DNA of 64,000 nt from Gammaproteobacteria bacterium (lineage in GTDB: Bacteria > Pseudomonadota > Gammaproteobacteria > GCA-001735895), in contig JBNKUM010000067.1 in NCBI GenBank assembly GCA_050298595.1, positions 23,660 through 87,659 on the forward strand. The letters run 5' to 3'. Shown in pieces: positions 9,501 through 20,027 of this stretch. The notes below the pieces were generated by a model. The model was not told the origin of the DNA and did not search any database. It was given only the letters and a program-made list of their open reading frames with translations. The position numbers were made by a program, and so were the translations under genes. How positions within the stretch are numbered: position 1 is the stretch's first letter; each line of letters starts with the position of its first letter.

Positions 9501-10862
9501 CTACCGATGAGCATAACCGTTATGATCTTGAATGTCCTGATCAATCTTTTCGGCTGCTTTACTGAGTTCGGCCTGCACATCAGCCCCTTTAATTATATTA
9601 TCTACCGCCTCGGCGAAGACTTTGGTGATAGTTGCATAGGCTGGCGTGAGGGGACGAGGCACAGCCCAACCGGCTTCTATCTGTTGAACATACACGTTTA
9701 AAGGGCCACCTGGCTGGTAAAGCTCTGACCTGGCAAATGCCGATTTACGCGCCGGTACACCAGGGTGAATACCTGTCCAACGCACAATCTTGTCGGGTTG
9801 CAGAATATAGTCCAGGATCGCCCAGCTCCCTTCAGGATTCTGGCAGGAGCTGGTGATACCAAAATTCCAGGCACCCAAACCAGTTTTGGGTCCATTGCCA
9901 AAGTCAGGCATGGGGATGACAACCAAATCTTCGCCCAAAGCATCCGCATAGCTGCTATAGGTCCAGTGTCCTACCCAGGAAAGCGCCGCTTTGCCAGAAG
10001 CAAAATCCGTATCTCCCTGTGGGCTGGGGTTAGCCCAGCCCTTCTGGAACCAGCTCTGGAAATGCTGCATAGCTGTGACGGATTGAGGTCCATCCAGTAC
10101 GCCTTTGGCAGACTGGTAGTTATTGCGATCAATCAAGTCACCGCCGAAAGACTGCAGGATGGGTGAAAAACCATAGGTAAAGAATTCACCGCGCCCATAG
10201 TTGATTTTCATATCCAGTGGATATTCAACGTCTGGGACGGCGGCCAGTTTTTCTAAAGCCGCTTCAAACTCAGCCAGATCCCATGGCTGCTGGATGGTAG
10301 GTATGCGCACGCCAGCTGCCTTTAGGTACTGGCGATTGCCATACATCGCCAGACCAGAGTCAACTATACCCAGTGTATACAGATTATTATTGTAGGTTCC
10401 CTGGGCAATGATAGAGGGCAGGAAATCGGCCTTCATCTGTGCTGACACAAAGCGGTCTATGGGTTGCAGGTAACCCAGCCAGGCCAGATATGAGACCATA
10501 GGTCCGTCAAAGAAAAGCAGGCAGGGCAGATCACCTGTGCGCCCGGCAGCCAGGATGCGGTCGGTGTAAATGCCTTCTGGCACCAGTGTCATCTCGGCTG
10601 AGTAGCGATCCTGCTCCTTGTTAAAGTCCTTCAGATTGAGTTCCATTGCTTTTAAGGCATTACCGGTACCGGCATTGAACCATACCGTCACGATTTGATT
10701 CCTGCTAACTGCGGCTGATGGAGGCTTAATCTTAGTGGGCGCTGGTTCAGGCGCTATACTGGCTGGTGGGCTTTTAGCAGTGGGTTCACTGGGTGGATCG
10801 CAAGCCGTTAGCACGGATGCTAGCATGAATAAAATTATTAGATAACTAACCTTCTTGTGCAT
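9501..10862 (-). CDS. Carbohydrate-type extracellular solute-binding lipoprotein (orphan), copy 1
   Basis: Lipobox LTAC, Pro-rich linker, SBP_bac_1-like motifs (F.SGKAAL.W.GHW, PARKSA). Confidence 0.85.
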   Translation of the reverse strand: MHKKVSYLIILFMLASVLTACDPPSEPTAKSPPASIAPEPAPTKIKPPSAAVSRNQIVTVWFNAGTGNALKAMELNLKDFNKEQDRYSAEMTLVPEGIYTDRILAAGRTGDLPCLLFFDGPMVSYLAWLGYLQPIDRFVSAQMKADFLPSIIAQGTYNNNLYTLGIVDSGLAMYGNRQYLKAAGVRIPTIQQPWDLAEFEAALEKLAAVPDVEYPLDMKINYGRGEFFTYGFSPILQSFGGDLIDRNNYQSAKGVLDGPQSVTAMQHFQSWFQKGWANPSPQGDTDFASGKAALSWVGHWTYSSYADALGEDLVVIPMPDFGNGPKTGLGAWNFGITSSCQNPEGSWAILDYILQPDKIVRWTGIHPGVPARKSAFARSELYQPGGPLNVYVQQIEAGWAVPRPLTPAYATITKVFAEAVDNIIKGADVQAELSKAAEKIDQDIQDHNGYAHR

Positions 10863-11081
10863 GACTTTTCACCTGTAAATGAATCGAATACCTTTTCAAT
10901 CGTCGAGCTCTAATGATCTGCCTGTCAGCAGCGGGATGCATGCGCTACTGCTTTTACTTTTATCTTCATACCCTTCAGACTCCTGAGTGTGAAAACCTAT
11001 TTCTTACTTACGCGATATATAGCCCAGTTTGCACAGCGGTGTATGAATAATAAACGCCTCAGCCTTAGATCGACAGGCCAA

Positions 11082-13904
11082 TTATTCAGCCTTATTTAGT
11101 GCTCTTAATATAGCAGGGTAATCAAACTTACTGGCGAGCTGGCTGAGTGCCCTGTGTAACGCCGGGTCAATCGCCTCGGTGCGCTGGATCACTGCCTCAA
11201 TGCTCTCGGGCTCCAGACTTTCCAGTACCTCAATAAGCTCACTACGTAACACTTCTGGTAACTTTTCCAGCATCTGTGGCGTTAATACTACATGCTCATC
11301 TTGCGCCTTTGACGCAGTACTTCCGTACAGATATTTAACGCCCAGGTGTTTTGATATCACATCGTAGATTAGCGTCGCTCTGTATGGTTTGCTCACGTAA
11401 TCGTCCATACCGATTTTTAGAATTTCATTGCGCTCCTCTTCAAAGGCCGAGGCGGTCACCGCGACAATCTTTACCTCTTTGCCGTCAGGCAATTCCCGGA
11501 TACGTCGTGTTGCCTGCATGCCATCCATCACCGGCATATGTATATCCATCCAGATTAAATGTGGATGCCAGCTCTGAAACAGTTGTACACCCTGCTCACC
11601 ATTTTCCGCCAGCTTTATCTGGAAACCAACACTCTCCATAATTTCAGAAAGAAGGAGTTGATTGTCGCTCTGGTCTTCGACGATCAGGATACGGTATTCG
11701 GGTTGTCCCGGCGCAAGGCTAGTCACAACCCCCCTGCCAATCTGATCCGGTTTGCTGATATCCTGTTCCAGTGCTTCCTGCAAGATCAGTTCTATGCTGA
11801 ATACCGTGCCTTTATCAATCTCGCTTTGCAGGCTGATACTGCCACCCATCATTTGCACGAACTGGCGCGTAATAGCCAGCCCGAGTCCCGTGCCCTTACT
11901 GCTATCCTTTTCACCCACCTGTACGAAGGGGTCGAAGATAAGTTGTTGATCTTCAGGGCTGATACCTATGCCTGTATCCTCAACCTCGATCAGCAGATGA
12001 GATATTCTGTTTTGCTTTGTGGCCAGACGCAGAGTCACGCCCCCCTGCTGGGTAGCTCTGATGGCATTCCCTATCAGATTGATCAGAATCTGGCGCAGGC
12101 GCGACTCGTCGCCTACGATGTAACGAGGGAACTGCGATGACTGGTCGACATGTAATTGCAGATCCTTATTTTCCGCGCGTATGCGCATCATATCGATAAC
12201 ATCTCGTAGCATACCGCCCAGATCAAAAGGCTCATTCTCCAGTTGTACCCGCCCGGCTTCTATCTTGGCCATTTCCAACACATCGTTGATCAGCGTTAGC
12301 AGGTATTCGCCACTACGATTAATAATATTATTATTGTGCTGTAATCTTTCAGGCAGTGATGGATCCTGGTTCATCAGGTTGGAAAACCCGAGGATAGCGT
12401 TCAATGGGGTACGCAGTTCGTGGCTCATGTTGGCAAGGAAAGTACTCTTGGCTCGGTTGGCAACTTCGGCCTTTTCTTTGGCCGCCTGTAACTCCTGAGT
12501 GCGTTCGTCAACGCGTTGCTCCAGTGTTTCAAACGATTGCCGCAGTTGCCTGATCATGGCATTGAAGGCGGCGGCCAGTTGCCCTACTTCATCACTGGCT
12601 TTAAGGTCAATCTCGATCAGCTTATCCGAGACTACAGGCGTATCTTTCGCTGTGGAACTATTAATCTGGGTGTTCAGACCGATGCGTGAAACGCTTTCCG
12701 TTAAGGCCACAATCGGTTTGACCAGACGATCTAACAGTATATAGCCCAATATCCAGACCACGATCAAAACCAGAGTAGCCAGGCCAATGAGTGCAGTAAC
12801 GGTTTCTCGTATCTTCTGGGAGGCGCTCGCCCCTGATTGCGTAAACCCGATAATCAGCCGGGCTTTATCGCCATAGTGCAACAGGGTCAGGGCCTGGTAA
12901 TAGGTTTCATCATCCACGCTCAGAATCCTTTGTTGCATCGGTTGTTCAGGTGTCGCCTGACTCTGTTGCACCCATTGCACCAGATCTTCCGGCTTCATCT
13001 TCATTTTGACGATTTCGATTTGATGCATCCCATCTAACGAATACAGTGCTGGTAATAAACCACTTTTCTGCGCAATGCCTTGCAAAAATGCCTGGTCAAA
13101 GACCTTCTTGAATACAAAGGCACCAATGAGAACTGGTTTGATTTGGTCGGGATTTTTCTGGTTAAGCGCTTCCTGAGAAGCGATGACTGGATTGTTGACC
13201 ACAAATCCTTCGGAGGAACCCAGGGTAATATTGTTTCGCATTACCGTTCGAGTAATTGCCTGTACCGGGACAACGATTTGCAATACCAACGCCTGCTGTT
13301 CAGAAAAATAAAAGGAAATCATGGGTTGCCTGGGTAATGTAATTTGAGATGAGATTAATGGAGGAGGGGTACCCAGCGGCCATATTGGCCAGTTATTGAA
13401 CTTCATCTCTCCGCTCTGATCTGGATCAGTTTTAATCAGCCTCTGCTGCCCCTCCCGAAACACACTGATGCCAGCCTCAGTAGTAGTCACGAAATGACTT
13501 AACTCATTGCCCGTGTAAACGGCGGCGCTGGAAAATCCGGCCGTACGCAGAATAATCTGAAACCGATTCAGTGAAATGGTTTTATCGAACAGGAATCCGC
13601 GTTCATTCTTTGATGCTAGCTCAGGATAGTTCTTAAATTGCTGTGTTTTTGCATACAGCGTAGCCAGATCACTCAAGTTATCGATTCCGGTAACATTTTT
13701 TTCGGCAACCCTGCGCAGATCAGTTATCGTTTCCTGCAACTCGTACTGTAACAGGTCGGTCTGTTTGGTCAGGCTGCTAAACGCCTCTCGCTCGCTTTGT
13801 TGCGTGGTCAGGTAGATGGCGAGTGCTACATTAAGCCCAGCGATAATGATCAGGGCCGTGCTAAACGCCAGCAGCAATTTCGTCTTGATACCCGATATGT
13901 TCAC
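11082..13904 (-). CDS. Membrane hybrid sensor histidine kinase, copy 2 (paralog of 6603-9416)
   Basis: Same architecture and H-box; near-identical catalytic core; homologous periplasmic motifs. Confidence 0.92.
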   Translation of the reverse strand: MNISGIKTKLLLAFSTALIIIAGLNVALAIYLTTQQSEREAFSSLTKQTDLLQYELQETITDLRRVAEKNVTGIDNLSDLATLYAKTQQFKNYPELASKNERGFLFDKTISLNRFQIILRTAGFSSAAVYTGNELSHFVTTTEAGISVFREGQQRLIKTDPDQSGEMKFNNWPIWPLGTPPPLISSQITLPRQPMISFYFSEQQALVLQIVVPVQAITRTVMRNNITLGSSEGFVVNNPVIASQEALNQKNPDQIKPVLIGAFVFKKVFDQAFLQGIAQKSGLLPALYSLDGMHQIEIVKMKMKPEDLVQWVQQSQATPEQPMQQRILSVDDETYYQALTLLHYGDKARLIIGFTQSGASASQKIRETVTALIGLATLVLIVVWILGYILLDRLVKPIVALTESVSRIGLNTQINSSTAKDTPVVSDKLIEIDLKASDEVGQLAAAFNAMIRQLRQSFETLEQRVDERTQELQAAKEKAEVANRAKSTFLANMSHELRTPLNAILGFSNLMNQDPSLPERLQHNNNIINRSGEYLLTLINDVLEMAKIEAGRVQLENEPFDLGGMLRDVIDMMRIRAENKDLQLHVDQSSQFPRYIVGDESRLRQILINLIGNAIRATQQGGVTLRLATKQNRISHLLIEVEDTGIGISPEDQQLIFDPFVQVGEKDSSKGTGLGLAITRQFVQMMGGSISLQSEIDKGTVFSIELILQEALEQDISKPDQIGRGVVTSLAPGQPEYRILIVEDQSDNQLLLSEIMESVGFQIKLAENGEQGVQLFQSWHPHLIWMDIHMPVMDGMQATRRIRELPDGKEVKIVAVTASAFEEERNEILKIGMDDYVSKPYRATLIYDVISKHLGVKYLYGSTASKAQDEHVVLTPQMLEKLPEVLRSELIEVLESLEPESIEAVIQRTEAIDPALHRALSQLASKFDYPAILRALNKAE

Positions 13905-13930
13905 TGTAACTTGTCAGCTTTTTCTGTGCA

Positions 13931-15298
13931 CTATTTGATCGGATAGCCGCCGTGATCTTTTATATCCTGGTCAATTTCCTGCGCCGCCCGGTGAAGTTCC
14001 GTTTTGACGTCTGCGCCATTAATAATATTCTCCATCGCTTCGGCAAAGACCTTTGAGATCACGGCATACGCTGGAGTGATCGGACGAGGAATGGCGCGCT
14101 CGCTTTCCAGTTGTTGTGCAATCAAATGTAAGGGGCCTGATTCACCATACAATTTTGACTGTGCCAGCACTGACTTCCGGGCCGGTGGGCCTCCGTTTTC
14201 GTTCGTCATACGTAACATTTCCTGCGGGGATAGCAGGAACTCGATGAATGTCCAGGCGCCAGTGGGATCCGGGCAATTGCTGGATATCCCCCAGCTCCAG
14301 CTACCCATCGCGGTTTTTGACCCATACCCAAAATCAGGCTGCGGTAACAACACCAGATCTTCCCCCAGAGCCTCGGCATGCGGTTTGTACATCCAGTGCC
14401 CCACCCAGGCGAGGGCCGCTTTTTTAGATCCGTAAAAATCGTCGTCCGTGGTCCTGGATTTGCCGGCCCAGCCCTTTTCAAACCAGCTCTGAAAGTGTTG
14501 CATGGCCTCAATCGACTGGGGACTATCCAGCACGCCAGTTGCATGCTGGTAGCTGCTGCGATCAATCAGATCACCACCAAATGACTGGATGATGGGCGTA
14601 AAACACCATGAATAAAACTCGCCAGGACCATAATTAATTTTCATATCAATTGCATACTCTACGTCAGGCAGGGCGGTCAGTTTTGCCAGCGCCTCTTCAA
14701 ATTCGACCAGATTCCACGGTTTTTCAAAGGTCGGTATGCGGATTCCAGCCGCGTTCAGATAGCGGCGATTGCCGTAGATTACCAGCCCTGAGTCAAACTG
14801 TCCGAGGCTATAGAGCTGTCCGTTGAAGGTTCCCTGGGTGAGAATCGAGGGCAATAAGTCGGCTTTTAGATCTGCTGAAACAAAACGGTCAATCGGCTGC
14901 AGATAGCCTGGCCATGCAAAGTTATAGAGGTATGGACCGTCAAACTCCAGGGCGCAGGCCAAACTACCAGACTGTGCGCTGCCAATGATCCGGTCAGCAT
15001 AGATTTCCGGTGCAATCGGCACATATTCTATGGTGTATTTATTTTGAGCCTGCTCAAAGGCTTCCACCGACTTAGCAAACACATCACCTTCTATGCTGCC
15101 AGGTAACATATGCGTCCAGACGCTGATCACTTTGCGCCTGTCTGTCTGGGGCGAGGGTGTTGAAGGTAGCGCTGTTGGTACTGAAGAGGGAGCGGCTAAA
15201 GCAGTGGATGTAGTCAAGTCCGAAATCCTGCAAAAAGTTAGTATCATGGCCACCAGAATCAGCTTATTTTGATAAAGTATTTTCTTTCTCATTTTCAC
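13931..15298 (-). CDS. Carbohydrate-type extracellular solute-binding protein (orphan), copy 2
   Basis: Signal-like N-terminus, Pro/Ser/Thr linker; long blocks shared with 9501-10862 (GYLQPIDRFVS, DMKINYG, QSFGGDLIDR). Confidence 0.85.
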   Translation of the reverse strand: MKMRKKILYQNKLILVAMILTFCRISDLTTSTALAAPSSVPTALPSTPSPQTDRRKVISVWTHMLPGSIEGDVFAKSVEAFEQAQNKYTIEYVPIAPEIYADRIIGSAQSGSLACALEFDGPYLYNFAWPGYLQPIDRFVSADLKADLLPSILTQGTFNGQLYSLGQFDSGLVIYGNRRYLNAAGIRIPTFEKPWNLVEFEEALAKLTALPDVEYAIDMKINYGPGEFYSWCFTPIIQSFGGDLIDRSSYQHATGVLDSPQSIEAMQHFQSWFEKGWAGKSRTTDDDFYGSKKAALAWVGHWMYKPHAEALGEDLVLLPQPDFGYGSKTAMGSWSWGISSNCPDPTGAWTFIEFLLSPQEMLRMTNENGGPPARKSVLAQSKLYGESGPLHLIAQQLESERAIPRPITPAYAVISKVFAEAMENIINGADVKTELHRAAQEIDQDIKDHGGYPIK

Positions 15299-15437
15299 TC
15301 CCCTCTAATGTACTTCAATACCAATGAGTAATTTCGGGCTCCTGACAAGCCGGCTCTGCTTATAATTAGGGCACCTCCGATGTAAATATTATGCCTTTCA
15401 TATGTATCCAAATTATGATTTGCCTGCTACATCATTA

Positions 15438-17243
15438 TTATTTCTGGAAATTTTCGGGTGAAATCCCCTTGCTGCACATCTCCAGAATTTTGTCTCCTGA
15501 TACGGACTTGCTGTAATAAAACCCTTGCGCAACATCACAATCCACGGATTTCAGAAATTCCTGCTGAGTACCCATCTCAACGCCTTCAGCAACCACTTTC
15601 AGATTCAGGCTATGGGCCATGGCAATAATGGCCAACGGAATCGCATTGCCATGCTCAGTACCAATGTTTTTTATAAAGGACTTATCGATCTTCAGTTCGT
15701 TGACGGGGAAATCCTGCAAATAGGCTAGACTTGAATATCCTGTTCCGAAATCATCAACTGAAAGCCCAACACCTAAATCATGCAGCTTGTTTAGAATATC
15801 CAGATTAGTTTTACTGTACTGCATCAGCAGACTTTCGGTTATCTCCAGTCCAAGCCTGGAGGGCGGTATCTGAAACTCTTCAATAGTACGATGCACGGTA
15901 TCTTCAAAGCCATCTGAGTGTAATTGCGGCACTGAGATATTTACCGAGATAGATAAATCATCATAACCAGCATCATGCCATCGTCTTAATTCTGCACAAC
16001 TCTCACGTAAGCCAAACGCTCCAAGTTCCTTGATCAGTCCATTCGCTTCTGCTACCGGGATAAATTCTGCCGGGGATATCAACGTTCCATTGGCGAGACG
16101 CCATCGCATTAGCGCTTCAGCACCTATGATTTTATTTGTAGTTAAATCAATCTGTGGTTGATACTCCATAAACAGTTCCTGATTATGAATCGCATCTATG
16201 AGCAAATTGGAAAGGTTAAGATGATCCTGCACAGTCCTGTTTAATTCGCTGGTATACAGTTTGATTTCGGCTCGACCAGATTGCTTGGCGTGATACATGG
16301 CGGTATCGGCATTGCTCAACAGGGTATCCACATCCGTGCCGTCCTCCGGGTAAACAGCTATACCAATGCTAGCACCTATATGAAAATTCAAATCATTCAT
16401 TTGAAATGGTATTCGAAGAGAATCAAATATTTTTCTGGCCATAGCCATGATATCTTGATTTTTCTGATGCAATGGTAGACAAATTACAAACTCATCTCCA
16501 CCCAGCCTGGCAACAATATCTTCATCACGTATGGCACTTTTAAGTCTATCGGCAACTTTACTTAGCAGCTTGTCGCCAGCATGATGTCCTAACGAATCGT
16601 TAATAATTTTAAATTGATCCAGATCGAGAAACATCAATGCAATATTCTCATCACATCGTTTCGCTCGAGTGATTAGCTGGTTAAGTCGCTCCACCAACAA
16701 TATACGATTGGGCATGTCGGTTAACGAATCATGAGTAGCGATATACCTGACCTGTTCTTCAACTCGCTTTCGCTCCTCAATTTCATGGCGTAATAAAACG
16801 TTAGCATCAACTAGCTCCTGAGTGCGCTCGCTAATACGTATATCAAGCTCTTTGCGTAAACCCGAAAGCTCGAGATGAGTATTGATTCGAGCCATTACTT
16901 CCGCAAAATTGATCGGTTTGGTAATGTAATCGACAGCACCCACGGCAAAACCATGCACCATATCGGATGTTTCTGTAGCAGCGCTTAAGAATATGATAGG
17001 GATATCTATCAGATCCTGTTCTAATCTGATGCGACGACAGGTCTCATAGCCATCAATACCCGGCATCATAATATCAAGCAGAATAAGGTCTGGCTTAGGG
17101 AGATTGGCCAGTTTTAGGCGTCGAAGTGCCTGTTCTCCACTTTGCGCGACTGCTATCTTGAGATTCTGCCCCTCAAGACCGTCAACTAGCAACTTCAGAT
17201 TGGCAGGATTATCGTCAACTAGCAGGATAATTTTACTTACCAT
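15438..17243 (-). CDS. REC-GGDEF-EAL response regulator (diguanylate cyclase/phosphodiesterase)
   Basis: REC ILLDIMMP; RDED I-site plus RLGGDEF; EAL (AEALMRW), DDFGTGYSSL, AEGVE. Confidence 0.93.
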   Translation of the reverse strand: MVSKIILLVDDNPANLKLLVDGLEGQNLKIAVAQSGEQALRRLKLANLPKPDLILLDIMMPGIDGYETCRRIRLEQDLIDIPIIFLSAATETSDMVHGFAVGAVDYITKPINFAEVMARINTHLELSGLRKELDIRISERTQELVDANVLLRHEIEERKRVEEQVRYIATHDSLTDMPNRILLVERLNQLITRAKRCDENIALMFLDLDQFKIINDSLGHHAGDKLLSKVADRLKSAIRDEDIVARLGGDEFVICLPLHQKNQDIMAMARKIFDSLRIPFQMNDLNFHIGASIGIAVYPEDGTDVDTLLSNADTAMYHAKQSGRAEIKLYTSELNRTVQDHLNLSNLLIDAIHNQELFMEYQPQIDLTTNKIIGAEALMRWRLANGTLISPAEFIPVAEANGLIKELGAFGLRESCAELRRWHDAGYDDLSISVNISVPQLHSDGFEDTVHRTIEEFQIPPSRLGLEITESLLMQYSKTNLDILNKLHDLGVGLSVDDFGTGYSSLAYLQDFPVNELKIDKSFIKNIGTEHGNAIPLAIIAMAHSLNLKVVAEGVEMGTQQEFLKSVDCDVAQGFYYSKSVSGDKILEMCSKGISPENFQK

Positions 17244-17695
17244 ACTGAGTTAATCCCGACAGCACAAAACAGATAATTTGAGAGACAATATAGTTTTATT
17301 TTTTTCACAAAACTGCCTGCATAATTGATGAGTTCCTTATTTATTAAGCTGACGCTGTAAAACCCCGGATATCTATGCGCTCTGGAAGCGCCACCTTTTT
17401 GAGGACTTATCTATCATTAAAAAAAGGTGAGAAAAACAACATCCTGCTATATTGTTTTCCTGTTAACCCTGAGATTCTTATACTGCAATATACTTTATAG
17501 CAAAATTTCAGGGAATTCGCCTAAAAGGATTTTAAAGATTATTCAGGTAGTCTAAATCAAGTACATAGATTGAAATATGAGCCTGTTTATATTTTTATAT
17601 TCAATAACTTATAGGAAATAGTTAGCTTTCTGATCAGTATTTTCAGGTTTATACAGGCATCCCAAAAAATTCAACTATGCGTGAGTCTGTCGGTA

Positions 17696-17714
17696 CTTTT
17701 TCAGAGCTTCCTTA
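17696..17714. mobile_element. Isolated IS5-like terminal inverted repeat (relic)
   Basis: Reverse complement reads TAA-GGAAGCTCTGAAAAAG, resembling IS5-group ends; no transposase nearby. Confidence 0.35.
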
Positions 17715-17824
17715 AATGATGTTGTTCAAACCCACCACTGGAAAGCCAAATGTACTTGAAAAGTAAAAGCCAGGGATAGATCATCAGGGTTTAATTTTCA
17801 TCCATTCCCAGAGAGCGGAAACCC

Positions 17825-18250
17825 ATGCATCATAATTCCAGCAAAGCTTATCGTGGTTCCTGCCTGTGTCGAGCTATTCAATTCGAAGCAAGTAACCTGT
17901 CACCACAAATGGGGCATTGCCATTGCAGTATGTGCCGTAAGTTTCACGGTGCGGCTTTTGCTACCTTTGGCGAAACAACCTCTGAAAATTTTCGCTGGCT
18001 AAACGGAGCAGAGCTTCTTAAGAGTTATCAGGCCCCCAATGGAACCACCCGTCAGTTTTGTAGCGTCTGTGGCTCCAGTCTTACCTTTAAACCCAGTGGC
18101 GAGGATACCGGCCTGGTTGAATTTGCTCTGGGTGCACTGGATGGTCCAATTAGCGAACGGCCGGATGCTCACATCTTCACCGCCTACAAAGCTGACTGGA
18201 TGGATCTTTGTGATGATCTGCCTAAATTTAAGGAAGGCAGAGATGGTTGA
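17825..18250 (+). CDS. GFA/CENP-V family Zn protein
   Basis: GSCLC, CHCSMCRK, RQFCSVCGS. Confidence 0.9.
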   Translation: MHHNSSKAYRGSCLCRAIQFEASNLSPQMGHCHCSMCRKFHGAAFATFGETTSENFRWLNGAELLKSYQAPNGTTRQFCSVCGSSLTFKPSGEDTGLVEFALGALDGPISERPDAHIFTAYKADWMDLCDDLPKFKEGRDG

Positions 18251-18746
18251 CGCTAATACCATCAAGATTCGTGATTTTCATCCTTCTGATGTAAACCTGA
18301 TTGTTACGTTAAATTATCAATCGGTTGCGGTTTTAAGTGCGATGGATGAACAGCGTTTTGATCTTTTGCGGGAACAAAGCAGTGTATTGTGGATTGCCGA
18401 ACTTAACCAGCAGCCGGTTGGATTTTTGATGGGTTTTGGCGATGGAAGCAACTACGACAGTGTTAATTATCAGTGGTTTAATGAGCGGTATGATAGTTTT
18501 GTGTATATCGACCGAGTGGTAGTTGGGGTCGAAGTGCGTAGTGCTGGCATAGGCAGCGCCTTTTATGCCCGGCTTGAGCAATGGGCATATGAGCAACAAA
18601 AGTCCTGCCTTGTAGCTGAGGTAGATATTGTTCCTCTTAATCAGGGTTCTCTCAATTTTCATCTGCGCCTGGGGTTTGTTGAAGCTGGGCAGCAGGTGTA
18701 TGGAAATCCGCAAAAGAAGGTTTCATTGATGAGAAAAAATCTATGA
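18243..18746 (+). CDS. GNAT family acetyltransferase
   Basis: True start is probably ATG 18243, overlapping the GFA stop; YDSVNYQWF, YIDRVVV, RSAGIG, N.GSL.FH..LGF. Confidence 0.85.
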   Translation: MVDANTIKIRDFHPSDVNLIVTLNYQSVAVLSAMDEQRFDLLREQSSVLWIAELNQQPVGFLMGFGDGSNYDSVNYQWFNERYDSFVYIDRVVVGVEVRSAGIGSAFYARLEQWAYEQQKSCLVAEVDIVPLNQGSLNFHLRLGFVEAGQQVYGNPQKKVSLMRKNL

Positions 18747-18849
18747 GCTTTCACAGCCGATTGATTTTCAGGCTTTGGGGTCACGAAACCCTGCGATAAG
18801 CTTAAATTCTATACGTAAGATAATCTGACTTACCTTCTATCCATTAATA

Positions 18850-19518
18850 ATGAAACGAACCATTAAGTCACTATCATTCAGGGCTGAATTTTCAATTGTG
18901 ATCCTTATCGCTTTTGGATACTTCATGTTATCCAGCCTGCTTTTCATTTTTATCCCATACACTAACGCACCTGTTTCTGAGTCTCATCTCAGGTTTTTAT
19001 TGGTCTACGAAACTTTGGTAACCATAGCGCTTTGGAAATTTTTATCTTTTCGAGGGTGGAAGATTCAACAGTTAGGATTAGTGCCTTCGATTCGAGATAC
19101 TCTTATCGGTATTGGACTTTTCGTTGTAGCGTACACTGCCTACCTGGTTGTATGGCTAATTTTTAACAACATAGTCACTGGGTTGGAGGATCAATCACGC
19201 GGACTTGTTTCTTCCGGACTAAGTCTGACAACCGTGCTGATAGTTTCCATTCTGAATCCGATCTTTGAAGAGGTCTTTGTGTGTGGCTATATCATCACGG
19301 CTCTAAGAAAAATGCGAAGTATCTCATTCGCTATTAACATGAGTATAGGTATAAGACTTGTTTACCACCTTTATCAAGGTTCGGTCGGGGTTATTGGTAT
19401 AATCCCGCTGGGATTTATCTTTGCGTATTGGTATGCAAAGACGGGACGTTTGTGGCCTGTAGTTATCGCACATGGTCTAATTGACTTTCTGGGCTTATTT
19501 GCCTATACGCAAAAGTAA
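18850..19518 (+). CDS. CPBP (CAAX/Abi) intramembrane glutamic endopeptidase
   Basis: Multiple TM helices; PIFEEVF..GY, HLYQG, AHGLID. Confidence 0.87.
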   Translation: MKRTIKSLSFRAEFSIVILIAFGYFMLSSLLFIFIPYTNAPVSESHLRFLLVYETLVTIALWKFLSFRGWKIQQLGLVPSIRDTLIGIGLFVVAYTAYLVVWLIFNNIVTGLEDQSRGLVSSGLSLTTVLIVSILNPIFEEVFVCGYIITALRKMRSISFAINMSIGIRLVYHLYQGSVGVIGIIPLGFIFAYWYAKTGRLWPVVIAHGLIDFLGLFAYTQK

Positions 19519-19519
19519 G

Positions 19520-19768
19520 GCTTCCGCGTCCTGCTCACGCCCCTTGCCAATGTCCCGACAGGTAAGGTAGAGATACTCCGCCGCAAACGAGCAATTCAGC
19601 TCGTAGCAGAATTCACCTATTTGGTTTTCAGCATGGATGATGTTATTTCGCGAATGCATGGACGCCTACATGGACGTAGGTGGTACGAGCTCAGGGGTGA
19701 GCGAAGGTAGGACAATGCAGGACGCCTAAAGGGATTTAGGTGATAGAGCGAAAGCTGGATGCCAGAGC
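19520..19768 (+). repeat. Array of GGA-loop hairpins (modular repeat; candidate CsrA/RsmA-binding RNA)
   Basis: 7 GGA in about 125 nt; hairpins CGCCTAC-ATGGAC-GTAGGTG (19663-82), GCTC-AGGGGT-GAGC (19689-702), CGCCTAA-AGGGAT-TTAGGTG (19723-42). Confidence 0.55.
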
Positions 19769-20027
19769 AAACCGGTATCCAGAGAGTCAATTGCTGGATT
19801 GTCATACCCTGTGGTTGCACCAGCAAAGGCATAATCGGAAAGGATGGCGGAATAATGATTAACCAAATGCTCGACCCAGATGGTACCGTCAGAAAATCTC
19901 TTTACGTTGCCGTTATCCGTAAGACTGTCACCGAATGTCAAACAGTACTATAACCCAGAGCACTCCCTGAGGTAAAAAGAGAAAAAAACAGAACAAGTAC
20001 TAAATATTGCATATGATTCAGGCCCAT
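19760..20027 (-). pseudogene. Truncated, frameshifted secreted SGNH/GDSL hydrolase
   Basis: Signal peptide MGLNHMQYLVLVLFFSLF..SALG, frameshift near 19942, then FGDSLTDNG, RFSDG.IWVE, YAFAGATTG; no block III or V. Confidence 0.72.

Noticed and set aside
17340-17420. Possible c-di-GMP-I riboswitch upstream of the REC-GGDEF-EAL gene (minus strand ...GCTTCCAG...CGGGGTTTTAC)
   Set aside because: Lacks the GGCAAAC, GAAA-loop and GACGCAAA core; resemblance only partial
18039-18242. Long N-terminus of the 235-aa GNAT ORF
   Set aside because: Out-of-frame overlap with the GFA gene; ATG 18243 is the plausible start
17825-19518. GFA/GNAT/CPBP run as integron cassettes
   Set aside because: No attC (RYYYAAC...GTTRRRY) sites or integrase; GFA and GNAT overlap
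19653-19749. Mini-CRISPR array
   Set aside because: Only two degenerate repeats, a structured spacer and no cas genes
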